From Candidatus Thorarchaeota archaeon (GTDB lineage: Archaea; Asgardarchaeota; Thorarchaeia; Thorarchaeales; Thorarchaeaceae): a stretch of 32,000 nucleotides of DNA. The number at the start of each line of letters is the position of its first letter. Position 1 is the first letter of the stretch. Where the stretch lies: contig PRDJ01000018.1 of NCBI GenBank assembly GCA_003345555.1, positions 1 to 32,000 of the forward strand, read 5' to 3'. A program made the position numbers and the translations under genes. Positions 1 to 8,705 of this stretch are shown here, piece by piece. Under the pieces are notes generated by a model. It was not told where the DNA came from. It saw only the letters and a program-made list of their open reading frames with translations, and searched no databases.

Positions 1-78
1 TTCGATTCTGAAATCCACTTCCCTTCTTTTGAGAACCTTGTTTTCTTTCTGCCGAAGAATGTCAATCTTCACGGGCAT
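1..78 (-). CDS. rps24e: 30S ribosomal protein S24e (eS24), N-terminal part, truncated by the window edge
   Basis: Manual translation from ATG at 78 gives MPVKIDILRQKENKVLKRREVDFRIE, matching the eS24 N-terminal ENxxLxRRE motif; lies downstream of spt4 as in the conserved archaeal operon. Confidence 0.88.
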   Translation of the reverse strand, partial: MPVKIDILRQKENKVLKRREVDFRIE

Positions 79-173
79 CACACTCTTGTAATACGCCGTC
101 TGGAGGGCGGGTCAGGCATCCGACTTGAGGTCATCTAATAAAGCTTTCACCATAGACGATGGCTAGAGACCAA

Positions 174-386
174 CTATCGAACCTTGAGGGCATACTTTCC
201 GGGCTTGTCGATGTTCAAGCGTTCAGCAACGTAAGACATTTTCCTAGGGTCGTCGTGTGGATTGCGGCCAGGCAGAATCACGACTATGCCTGTATACGAA
301 CTCGAGAGGTTGGTGCTCTTACAGTTTGGGCACTGATTCTCTGTCGTGAGGTAGTGGCACTGTCGACATGCCTTGAACTTGGTCAA
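174..386 (-). CDS. spt4: Transcription elongation factor Spt4 (RpoE'')
   Basis: KACRQC...CPNC zinc motif, GIVVI and PGKYALKVR C-terminus; follows rpoE1. Confidence 0.93.
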   Translation of the reverse strand: MTKFKACRQCHYLTTENQCPNCKSTNLSSSYTGIVVILPGRNPHDDPRKMSYVAERLNIDKPGKYALKVR

Positions 387-392
387 TCACAA

Positions 393-1007
393 TCACCTTG
401 TCTGCTTTTCCGCTTGCTTCTTCTTCTCTTTCTTTGGCACTTCGCCTCGGGCCGCCTTGACATCTTGGTCGACCCAAGACTGGTCCGGTCCTATCTTTCC
501 AAGGAATGGTTGTCGCATGGTTAGTCCCAGTTTGCCCGACCTGTTACCTGACTCAAAGCTGATGGACGTGATTCGAGCCCTGACCTGATCTCCTTCGGTA
601 AGAATCCTTCCCGATTCCTTGCCCAGAAGGGCGTTTCCCTTCGAGTCTTGCGTTATGAAATCGTCGCATATCTGGCTGACGTGGCAGAGCCCGTCAAGAG
701 GACCCATACGGATGAAGGCTCCGAAGTCCATGAGTTCGACAACGTTGCCCTCCACAAGTTCTCCACGAACCGGCTTGAAGACTAGGACCTTGTAGGTGAC
801 AGAATGGTAGGTAGCGCCATCCCCCGGAATCAAGCGGCCCTGTCCGATTTCGTCGATTTCAATGACTGAGATTATCAGACCTATGTCTCGATCCAATACG
901 TTCTCGTGGTTCTTGCGCAGGTGAACCATAGCCGCCTCTTCAATAGGCTGGCCGAACTGATTTGGAGGGATTCTTACTATATCCTTCACAGTTACAATAC
1001 TATACAC
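393..1007 (-). CDS. rpoE1: DNA-directed RNA polymerase subunit Rpo7 (E')
   Basis: VRIPP..FG, GDGATYH and S1 domain FGAFIRMGPLDGLCHVSQICDD; KLGLTMRQPFLGK. Confidence 0.96.
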   Translation of the reverse strand: MYSIVTVKDIVRIPPNQFGQPIEEAAMVHLRKNHENVLDRDIGLIISVIEIDEIGQGRLIPGDGATYHSVTYKVLVFKPVRGELVEGNVVELMDFGAFIRMGPLDGLCHVSQICDDFITQDSKGNALLGKESGRILTEGDQVRARITSISFESGNRSGKLGLTMRQPFLGKIGPDQSWVDQDVKAARGEVPKKEKKKQAEKQTR

Positions 1008-1136
1008 GTACGGACGCTCCTCGCCTGGCAGGGCAACTCTCAGAACAATCAGCCCATCGGCAAATCACTGATGGTCTAACTCCGACGGCTCAGCGGTGCC
1101 ACTTCTTGGTTACAATAAAAACGTTTTGAACAGGTC

Positions 1137-1541
1137 TCAAACAACACTCCCCTCAAGGGCAAGCCGCTTCTTTCCACGCATCAAGAGCACTGGCAATCCT
1201 CTCTCCCGTGCACGTTCTCTCAGTGTTCTATCGTTCGTTGCTAGGACTCCCTTGATCGATGCTGTATATTCCAGCAACTGGTCGTCCACAGGAAGGTCCG
1301 CGATGCTCGGGCTGACATCAACCGTCTTGCACAGCTTTGCCAAATCGCCGGCTATACGGAACTTGGAATTCCTTGGAGTGCTGCCTGACTTGGGTTTCGT
1401 CTCGATTTCACGGATGACAGATGTTAGCACGACGAACTCTATGTTCTCCTCGAGTATTTCCTTTGACTCTGCGAACACGTCTATGCCGAATTCCGCTGGA
1501 ATCATCAGAAAACTTGTATCGACGACCACGATTGCGACCAT
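1137..1541 (-). CDS. PIN-domain ribonuclease (Fcf1/Utp24-like)
   Basis: VVDTSF, EIE, VDD and LATND acidic PIN motifs; conserved position between eif2g and rpoE1. Confidence 0.88.
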   Translation of the reverse strand: MVAIVVVDTSFLMIPAEFGIDVFAESKEILEENIEFVVLTSVIREIETKPKSGSTPRNSKFRIAGDLAKLCKTVDVSPSIADLPVDDQLLEYTASIKGVLATNDRTLRERARERGLPVLLMRGKKRLALEGSVV

Positions 1542-1565
1542 TTACTCACGTGACCGGATAGTTTT

Positions 1566-2807
1566 CTAAACGACAGCATGACCTATCAGTCGCCACTTAT
1601 TCTCGACCCTTCGACCTATGGCTATGCGCTGGCCTTTCTCTGCACAGACTGGTCTTTTCAACTCGACCTCTATCTGTTCACCATGCAACCTCGTGATTAC
1701 CCCTACAGTGGCCGCGGTTCCTACCACAAGCATCAGCTGTTCATTCAGCTTGAGATTCTCAATTTCTTGCTTGGACTCAGTTCCTACGAGTCTCTGCATC
1801 AGCTGAGGCTGTATCATCATCTTGGATAGTGTCTTGGGCATTTTGCCTGCGTTGCCGACCACGCTGCCCACGAGTCTGTCTGCTCGTGTGAATGCAGGGT
1901 CCAACGAAGTCCTGACTCCTATCAACCCTCCCGGTCGGGCTTCTTGAAGTTCGTTTCCACTGCCAGAATGGAGGCTCACGATTTTTGTTTTTATCGGGTT
2001 GAATCCCTTTTCTGTCTTGTAACCCGGCGCGATTTCTATATCATCACCGACCCTAAGTGCGCCTTCAACTATTGAGCCCCCAACTACTCCGCCCTTGAGG
2101 TCTTGGGGTAACGTTCCGGGCGGGTTCACCTCGAACGATCTGGCCACAAGCATCTTAGGTGGCAGAGAGCCATCCCTGTCTGGCGTCGGGATTACTTGTT
2201 CGATTGTCTGAACAAGAAGATCCATGTTGGCCGCGAACACTGCTGAGACCGGAATAATCGGTGCATTTTCCACCGAGGTGCCCTTGATGAAGTCCTTAAT
2301 CTGCTTGTAGTGCTTTCTGGCCTGTTCAGGTGTAAGGAGCTCAATCTTATTCTGTACAATAACGATGTTCTTGACACCCACGATTTCGAGAGCATGAAGA
2401 TGCTCTGCTGTCTGTGGCATGGGACACGGCTCATTCGCGGCAATGACAAGGATGGCGCCGTCCATCAGACTTGCGCCGCTGAGACACGTTGCCATTAGCG
2501 ATTCGTGACCGGGGCTGTCAACGAACGATATCTCTCTAAGAACCTCGAGCTCTCCTCCACACTTCGGACATCGCCCGTCCTTTGCTAGATGAGCAGTAGT
2601 GTACGCATCGGGCTCAGGACAGCTTGTACACTTCATGGTTACAGTGGCAGCATAGCCGAGTTTGATTGATATTCCTCTCTTTATCTCGTCAGAGTGGCGG
2701 TCTGTCCATTCTCCTGTTAGGCACTGTACTAGCGTTGTCTTACCATGGTCAACGTGGCCAAGTGTGCCGATGTTGACTTCACTCTGACCTTCGTATTTTC
2801 TGGGCAC
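1566..2807 (-). CDS. eif2g: Translation initiation factor aIF2 gamma subunit
   Basis: [18 protein letters not shown], zinc knuckle CTSC/CPKC, DSPGHE, QNKIE; C-terminal WRLIG. Confidence 0.97.
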   Translation of the reverse strand: MPRKYEGQSEVNIGTLGHVDHGKTTLVQCLTGEWTDRHSDEIKRGISIKLGYAATVTMKCTSCPEPDAYTTAHLAKDGRCPKCGGELEVLREISFVDSPGHESLMATCLSGASLMDGAILVIAANEPCPMPQTAEHLHALEIVGVKNIVIVQNKIELLTPEQARKHYKQIKDFIKGTSVENAPIIPVSAVFAANMDLLVQTIEQVIPTPDRDGSLPPKMLVARSFEVNPPGTLPQDLKGGVVGGSIVEGALRVGDDIEIAPGYKTEKGFNPIKTKIVSLHSGSGNELQEARPGGLIGVRTSLDPAFTRADRLVGSVVGNAGKMPKTLSKMMIQPQLMQRLVGTESKQEIENLKLNEQLMLVVGTAATVGVITRLHGEQIEVELKRPVCAEKGQRIAIGRRVENKWRLIGHAVV

Positions 2808-2944
2808 CTGTTATTCACATCCGACTATGCCTTTCTCTTACACAGAGGGGCTTCATCTACTCCTAATATGAAGTCTATGGTCTTGCTCACTGATTGTATC
2901 AAGAAGCCAGAACAAGACTGTCTATCAAGACTTGAAAGACCCGA

Positions 2945-3328
2945 TTAAGCTGTCTTCATCACGAGTTCTTCTAGCGGCTTAGTGCCCTTCTCCTCTACCC
3001 GTACGTTCACTTGGGAGACTGCGGTGCTCAATTCCTTGCCGCGAACAGTCTTGCGTCGGCGGTCGCCCGACCTCTTGGACCTGAAACCGGGTGGTCCGTG
3101 TAACAGCACTCTCTTCCGGCCGCTGCCATGTACGTCTGGGCGTATCGGGAATCCAGCCGCGTCACTGCCGCCCGTTATCTTGAGCTTGTAACCAGGCAGG
3201 CCTAGGGCGTCCCCCTCCACGATATCACCGACCTTCTTGCCAACAAGATAGTTGGTTTTGGTGTCATCAAGTTCGTATTGGATGGCTTTCCCTGTTTCTG
3301 GGGTTGAGATGACAAGTTTGAATGGCAA
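2945..3328 (-). CDS. rps6e: 30S ribosomal protein S6e (eS6)
   Basis: FKLVIS, LKITGGSDAAGFP, RRRKTVRG motifs; start placed at TTG 3328 (LPFKLVIS) because the track's 17-aa extension to 3379 does not resemble eS6. Confidence 0.93.
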   Translation of the reverse strand: MPFKLVISTPETGKAIQYELDDTKTNYLVGKKVGDIVEGDALGLPGYKLKITGGSDAAGFPIRPDVHGSGRKRVLLHGPPGFRSKRSGDRRRKTVRGKELSTAVSQVNVRVEEKGTKPLEELVMKTA

Positions 3329-3536
3329 CTGCAATATCGCCTGCTCGAAGTTATGCTGAGATGCCCACGACATGGGCACCGGCGCATCTCAACTGGTCAC
3401 ACTTTATGAGGGTTTTGGTCGGGCTGAGCATGAGAGAGATACCTCGGCAAGAATGGGACCGTCCTCTTACACAACTGTTATAATAGGCTCCACTTTCCGG
3501 GCCTTCCAGAGCCCGACTGGCGTGCCGTGATGCATC

Positions 3537-4706
3537 ATGGATCCTCTTACAGTCATTGAGATACTGGCCGTTATCTACATCGCAATCTATATTGTTGTTC
3601 AAGCCATAGGGGTTGAGAAGTTCAGTTCCAGGGGCATCGAAGCAGGCGCACCGTTCTTCATAATGATAAAGACCAAGAGGCTAAACGCATTCCTGACGAG
3701 GCTGGGTAAGAAGTTTCCTCGGGCTTTCTTCAACTTGGGTGTCGTCATCGCATTCGGCGGTATGGCGTTTGGTTTCTGGATGTTTGGTGAGAATCTACTA
3801 CGCTTCTTCATTCAGCCCGAAACAGCAGGCGGCGTTGTTCCCGTGATACCAGGCGTGACGGTAACGGGTCTTCCTCTGGTATACATGTTGATTGGACTTG
3901 CTGTGGCACTGATCACCCACGAGTTCGCCCATGGTCTTGCATCAGCCAAGGAGAACATACCACTCAAAAGCTCAGGTCTGATGTTTCTCTTTGTTCTATT
4001 TGGGGCTTTCGTAGAACCTGACGAAGAAATCATGGAAAAGCAATCGACTCCGCAATCTCGAATGCGGCTACTTGCTGCCGGTGCATACTCGAACTTGATT
4101 TTCGCATTCATTGTCCTGCTGTTGATGACCAACTTCTATTCGCTAATGTCAATAGGATTCAATCCTCCGAGCGGAGCATACATCTATGACACAGTCCCGG
4201 GCACTCCAGGCGGCGAGTCCCTGCAAGTTGGCGATGTGATAATCGGTCTGAATGCGACCACGATTGAGAAGTGGTCTGATGTCTCTGTGTTCCTGTACAA
4301 CGCCTCTGCTGGAGCGCTTGTCATAATACACACGCTAAGGGGTCCTGTCGATATCCATTTGGCTGCGAATCCGAGTAACGCATCAAAGGGGTACATAGGG
4401 GTCTATGGAGCTGACTATTGGGAACCCAAACCGGGCTGGAGTTGGATACCCTTCGGTCCAATGTTTGCTTTCCATTCGCAGCAGATTCTACTCTGGTCAT
4501 TCGTTATTCTCTTCTCCGTAGCTCTATTCAATCTGCTTCCTATCCCTGCACTAGACGGAGACAAGCTCCTTTCGAACGCGCTTAGCCTGAAGATAAAGAG
4601 CAAGAGGACGCTTATGGCAATCATGTGGCCCATGAGAATTGCCGCCGTATCAGTCATCGTCCTCAGCATAGTTCTCTCCTTATGGTTCGGCAAAGGTCTG
4701 TTCTAG
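3537..4706 (+). CDS. Site-2 protease family (M50) membrane metalloprotease with PDZ-like domain
   Basis: HEFAH zinc motif, GAFVEPDEE, NLLPIPALDG third ligand, multiple hydrophobic segments, GDVII PDZ-like insert. Confidence 0.93.
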   Translation: MDPLTVIEILAVIYIAIYIVVQAIGVEKFSSRGIEAGAPFFIMIKTKRLNAFLTRLGKKFPRAFFNLGVVIAFGGMAFGFWMFGENLLRFFIQPETAGGVVPVIPGVTVTGLPLVYMLIGLAVALITHEFAHGLASAKENIPLKSSGLMFLFVLFGAFVEPDEEIMEKQSTPQSRMRLLAAGAYSNLIFAFIVLLLMTNFYSLMSIGFNPPSGAYIYDTVPGTPGGESLQVGDVIIGLNATTIEKWSDVSVFLYNASAGALVIIHTLRGPVDIHLAANPSNASKGYIGVYGADYWEPKPGWSWIPFGPMFAFHSQQILLWSFVILFSVALFNLLPIPALDGDKLLSNALSLKIKSKRTLMAIMWPMRIAAVSVIVLSIVLSLWFGKGLF

Positions 4707-4829
4707 TCGGAGCAGGTTCGATTTGCCGGTGACGTGATTCAACAGGCAATGAGCTCAGCTCGCGGGAAATCGCCCGATGACTAATCTTAACTGCTGATGC
4801 TGCCTAGCCCCTCCGCCAGAGTGGTCCAG

Positions 4830-5759
4830 ATGCAGTCCATATGTTCGAAGTGCAACCAGCCCGCCGTGTACCTCAGGCAATACACTTCAGAATCCCTCTG
4901 CAAATCCTGCTTGGTAAAGACCACTGTGGAACGAGTGAGGCGGAACATAAACAAGAGCCAAATGCTGAAAGAAGACGACCGAATTGTTGTTGGTGTATCC
5001 GGGGGCAAGGACAGTGCCACACTTCTAGATACACTCTTCAGAATTGAAAAGGACTTCCCGCAGGCCGAACTGATTCCTGTGCTAATCGATGAGGGCATAG
5101 AAGGTTATAGAGACAAGGGACTCGAAACCGCCCGCCAATTGACATCATCCTTGGGCCTCGAGCTCGAGATTCGTACGTTCAAGGATCTTTATGGTCACAC
5201 GCTGGATGACATCATCCGCCTGCGACCTGCGGATTCTAATGGGGCATGCACATACTGCGGTGTGCTCAGGCGGCGTGCTCTGAACACTGCGGCACTGGAG
5301 CTCGAAGCTGACGTTGTTGCCACGGGCCACAACATGGATGACGAGGCTCAGACAATACTGATGAATGTCATAAGGGGTGACAGTCAGAGGATTGTTCGGA
5401 CAAACAGACCACGCGATCATTCCATCAAAGGATTCGTGCCGAGGGTAAAGCCCCTCAGTGAGCTGTCGACCAGAGACACAGTTGTTTATGCCTATCATGT
5501 TGGACTGCCATACCACGACATTCCTTGTCCGTACGCCAGCGAAGCACTTCGCAACGACCTGAGATTGTTTCTGAACGAGATGGAGCACAAGCGGCCGGGC
5601 ACTCTACTTGCCATTCTGCATTCGGGTGAGACGATGTCAGAAGCAATGGAGCACCAAGAGGGCGTCTCGGACGCCACAGTGTGTGAGAGTTGTGGTGAGC
5701 CTGCTTCTTCCAGATTGTGTAAAGTGTGCGCCATACTTCAGGAAATAGAAGGGTGGTAA
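4830..5759 (+). CDS. TtuA/Ncs6-family tRNA 2-thiolation protein (TIGR00269-like)
   Basis: N-terminal CSKC/CKSC, PP-loop SGGKDS, CTYC, TGHNMDD, CPY, C-terminal CESC/CKVC; start ATG 4830 preferred to 4797. Confidence 0.9.
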   Translation: MQSICSKCNQPAVYLRQYTSESLCKSCLVKTTVERVRRNINKSQMLKEDDRIVVGVSGGKDSATLLDTLFRIEKDFPQAELIPVLIDEGIEGYRDKGLETARQLTSSLGLELEIRTFKDLYGHTLDDIIRLRPADSNGACTYCGVLRRRALNTAALELEADVVATGHNMDDEAQTILMNVIRGDSQRIVRTNRPRDHSIKGFVPRVKPLSELSTRDTVVYAYHVGLPYHDIPCPYASEALRNDLRLFLNEMEHKRPGTLLAILHSGETMSEAMEHQEGVSDATVCESCGEPASSRLCKVCAILQEIEGW

Positions 5760-5762
5760 GGA

Positions 5763-6464
5763 GTGGCCAAGAAACCCGAAATCCTTCATGAGCCAAGGAT
5801 TATCGAGTACGGGACGAATCGCTGGGAACTGCTTGCTGCTTTAAGGTCTAGAGCTCTTGAAACCATGGAAGCGCTTGAGTCTGTGTCTTTGAAGCCCTTT
5901 GCCTACGGATCGATTGCGCGCGGGGATGTGAGTCCCTCATCTGATATTGACGTGGTGATACCATACCCGATATCCAGCTATAAACTTGAAACAGTTCTTC
6001 CGTCACCCATCAGAAGGGAGCTTGCCCAAGCTACTCCGTCAATGGTTCTGAAGGGACATATCTATATTCAAGATGGTGTGTGCGTGAGTTTTCCGATCTT
6101 CAAGATGCGTCAGAGGGAATTTGAGTTCTACAAGTGGGGTGGCCAGGTTGACAGCCAGCAGATACAGAACGAGATTCGGGTCTCGGGTGTTGACAAGAGG
6201 CTGCTCTTGATTGAGCCGACTCCCACTGGTCATAGGGAGAGTGGCGTTGTCGGCCACGAGAGCGAAGTTGCGAAGAAACTGTCCGTAAGTCTAGGCATAG
6301 CACAGGAGAGAGTTCGAGTCCTCACGAGAAGAGACGCTATTGGCAGAACGGGTATCTACAGGACCCACGTCCTTGCCGATACAGAAGGCTTCGAGGAGAC
6401 TGCGAAAACACTGATGGACACAGACCCGGCATTGCGCAGGACAGTCGGAAGACGAGAGAGGTAG
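5763..6464 (+). CDS. Archaeal minimal nucleotidyltransferase-domain protein (COG2413-like)
   Basis: YGSIARGDV..SSDIDVV Pol-beta superfamily motif; GVDKRLLLIEP and ERVRVLTRRD..GRTG segments typical of this archaeal family. Confidence 0.82.
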   Translation: MAKKPEILHEPRIIEYGTNRWELLAALRSRALETMEALESVSLKPFAYGSIARGDVSPSSDIDVVIPYPISSYKLETVLPSPIRRELAQATPSMVLKGHIYIQDGVCVSFPIFKMRQREFEFYKWGGQVDSQQIQNEIRVSGVDKRLLLIEPTPTGHRESGVVGHESEVAKKLSVSLGIAQERVRVLTRRDAIGRTGIYRTHVLADTEGFEETAKTLMDTDPALRRTVGRRER

Positions 6465-7589
6465 GTGCAGCCAATGGCCCGTGCTATCAAGCAGATTGCT
6501 GGGGATTCGCTTCTTGTCGGAAAGCTTCCTATGGGCTGCAGGCTGTGCGCCAAGGGATCAAAGATGGTACTCTTTGTGACTGGCCTGTGTGACAGCACGT
6601 GCTATTACTGTCCTCTATCCATAGAGAAGGCTGGTAAGGATGTCACGTTCGCCGATGAGATCCCTGTTCTCTCTGATAGCGACGTAGTCTCCGAATTAGA
6701 TGCTATTGGCGCTAAAGGATCGGGGTTCAGTGGCGGCGATCCACTCTGTAGAGTTGAACGGACTCTGCATTACCTCAAGCTGCTCAAGTCCGTCCCTACG
6801 CCTGCTTTCCACATTCATTTGTATACCAGCAAATGCAATGTTGACAAAGCAACGCTGAAGAAACTTAGGAACGCCGGCCTAGACGAAATCAGGTTTCACC
6901 CACAAACAGATGACTGGACTGGCGTCGAGAATGCAGTGGCCACTGGAATCAACGTAGGCTTGGAGGTCCCGGCTATCCCTGGCACCGCTGATTGGCTTCA
7001 AGCTCTGGCAATGAGAGCCGAGGAGATTGGCGTATCCTTCATGAATATCAATGAGCTCGAAGCAAGTGAATCCAACTTCCAGCGCATAGCAGCTCTTGGA
7101 ATGAGGCTTGGGAGCATGGACGCATCTAGCGTGGCAGGAAGCAGAGAAACCGCAAAGGAAGTCATGGAGTGGGGAACGCAAAACCTGTCCAAGCTCTCCC
7201 TCCATTACTGTTCCGCCCGGTTTAAAGATGCCATACAAATGCGCAATCGGCTGGAACGGCGATTGAAAAGAACTCGTCGACCTTTCGAGGAACGTGACGA
7301 TTCAGATCCACTGTTGATTCTGGGTGTCGTAAGAGCGCCGCATGGCCAGCGCCTAGACATGCCCGCACTTTCCTCTATACAGGATGCTTTGAGGTCATAC
7401 TTCGACGTTCCGTCCCGTCTCATGAACGTAGACACCAAAAGGATGCGAATTGAGATTGCGCCATGGGTCTTGACAGAAATAGCCGGCGAACTTAGAAGGA
7501 CCGTGAAGCAAGGTTTCGAGATTGAGGTGGGCATCGTGCATGAGTACCCCACGTGGGATAGGCTCCAGACGCTTTTCAGCCCTCTCTGA
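6465..7589 (+). CDS. Uncharacterised archaeal radical SAM protein (COG2108-like)
   Basis: GCRLCAKGSKMVLFVTGLCDSTCYYCP containing CxxxCxxC; SGGDP; DEIRFHP; NINELE. Confidence 0.88.
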   Translation: MQPMARAIKQIAGDSLLVGKLPMGCRLCAKGSKMVLFVTGLCDSTCYYCPLSIEKAGKDVTFADEIPVLSDSDVVSELDAIGAKGSGFSGGDPLCRVERTLHYLKLLKSVPTPAFHIHLYTSKCNVDKATLKKLRNAGLDEIRFHPQTDDWTGVENAVATGINVGLEVPAIPGTADWLQALAMRAEEIGVSFMNINELEASESNFQRIAALGMRLGSMDASSVAGSRETAKEVMEWGTQNLSKLSLHYCSARFKDAIQMRNRLERRLKRTRRPFEERDDSDPLLILGVVRAPHGQRLDMPALSSIQDALRSYFDVPSRLMNVDTKRMRIEIAPWVLTEIAGELRRTVKQGFEIEVGIVHEYPTWDRLQTLFSPL

Positions 7590-8678
7590 TCAATCGCCTA
7601 TTCTGAATCTGAGGATCGCCGCGATTCCTCCGAGGCGCTGCAGCTGATCTCCCGCCGGATGATCTGTCGATACCACATTAAACACGGCGCGAGTTTTCTC
7701 ACTGTCGTGAATCAGCTGGTCGAGCCATCTGCGTTGTTCTTCTGTTCCCTCTCTGAGTCTCTTATCCGTTATGAGCAAGTTCTGAATGGCACCGTACTGG
7801 GCTGCCTTCTCGACTTCCTTTTCTCCGTACGCTGCAAGCCCGTCTCCTTTTGCCACGTGGGCGATGAAATCTTCCACCAGTTTCGTCTCGGTTTCAATCT
7901 TCAATTCGGACAATGCATTTGAAATGACGCCCTTGTAGAGTATCTCCTTTGCACCGGGGATCCCAATGGAATTCGCACTCTCGACCACGATTGGAGGCAT
8001 TCCCTTGAAACCCATGGCAGATAGATACTCACTGAAATGCTCTTTGACAAAGCCCGGTCCTGCTATGACTATCAGACCGATTTTGTTCTGTTCGAGCTGG
8101 GAGCGAAGAGCAGTTGCAACTTCGGAGAAGAACTCAGACATTGTGGTGTCGTAGGCCTTTTGGTCTCCTCGCTTACGAGATATGCTCGTGTATATGCTTA
8201 CAGCCTCTCGTATTCCATAATCGGCGACGAGAATTATGTCTGAAGCACCATCTTCTATTGTAACAACAGCACAGATTGGATGGGCTTGAGCACGTTCTGC
8301 TTCCTCGATTCGCTTAAGCAGGAAGTCTGGCCAATGTGTTTTAACGATGGTCAGTATATCCCCCATCTCGATGTTGAAAGTATGATAGGAACCGATACTT
8401 ACGAGGTCGGCGGGACCTTCGAGAATCTTGCCCTTTATCCTAACTCTGTTTGAAAAAGTATGGAATGCGACGTCCTCGACCGACAGCACAAGGGTCATTG
8501 GCTTGCGAATGCTGTCCTGTTTCCGGTCATCCTCATCGCCGACCTTGACTCGTCGAATGGTCCGTGCGATGACGACATCCCCTGCGGCTACGATATTGTA
8601 CAGATGCCATAGGTCATCCAAGGTTTCGACCTTGAGTTCGATTTTGCCCTCCTTCAAGATCCTCTTGATAACCTTCAA
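7590..8678 (-). CDS. pelA: Pelota/Dom34 mRNA surveillance and ribosome rescue factor
   Basis: ETLDDLWHLYNIV, NRVRIKGKI, GSYHT, AGPGF, LGGIAAILRF. Confidence 0.96.
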   Translation of the reverse strand: MKVIKRILKEGKIELKVETLDDLWHLYNIVAAGDVVIARTIRRVKVGDEDDRKQDSIRKPMTLVLSVEDVAFHTFSNRVRIKGKILEGPADLVSIGSYHTFNIEMGDILTIVKTHWPDFLLKRIEEAERAQAHPICAVVTIEDGASDIILVADYGIREAVSIYTSISRKRGDQKAYDTTMSEFFSEVATALRSQLEQNKIGLIVIAGPGFVKEHFSEYLSAMGFKGMPPIVVESANSIGIPGAKEILYKGVISNALSELKIETETKLVEDFIAHVAKGDGLAAYGEKEVEKAAQYGAIQNLLITDKRLREGTEEQRRWLDQLIHDSEKTRAVFNVVSTDHPAGDQLQRLGGIAAILRFRIGD

Positions 8679-8705
8679 CTTGACATCTAGCGCCTATCAT
8701 TTCTA

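Noticed and set aside
4710-4730. GCAGGTTCGATTTGC, resembling a tRNA T arm
   Set aside because: The rest of a cloverleaf is absent
7587-7592. Abutting convergent stop codons (TGATCA) of the radical SAM gene and pelota
   Set aside because: Ordinary genome compaction; the same pattern occurs at 14414-14417
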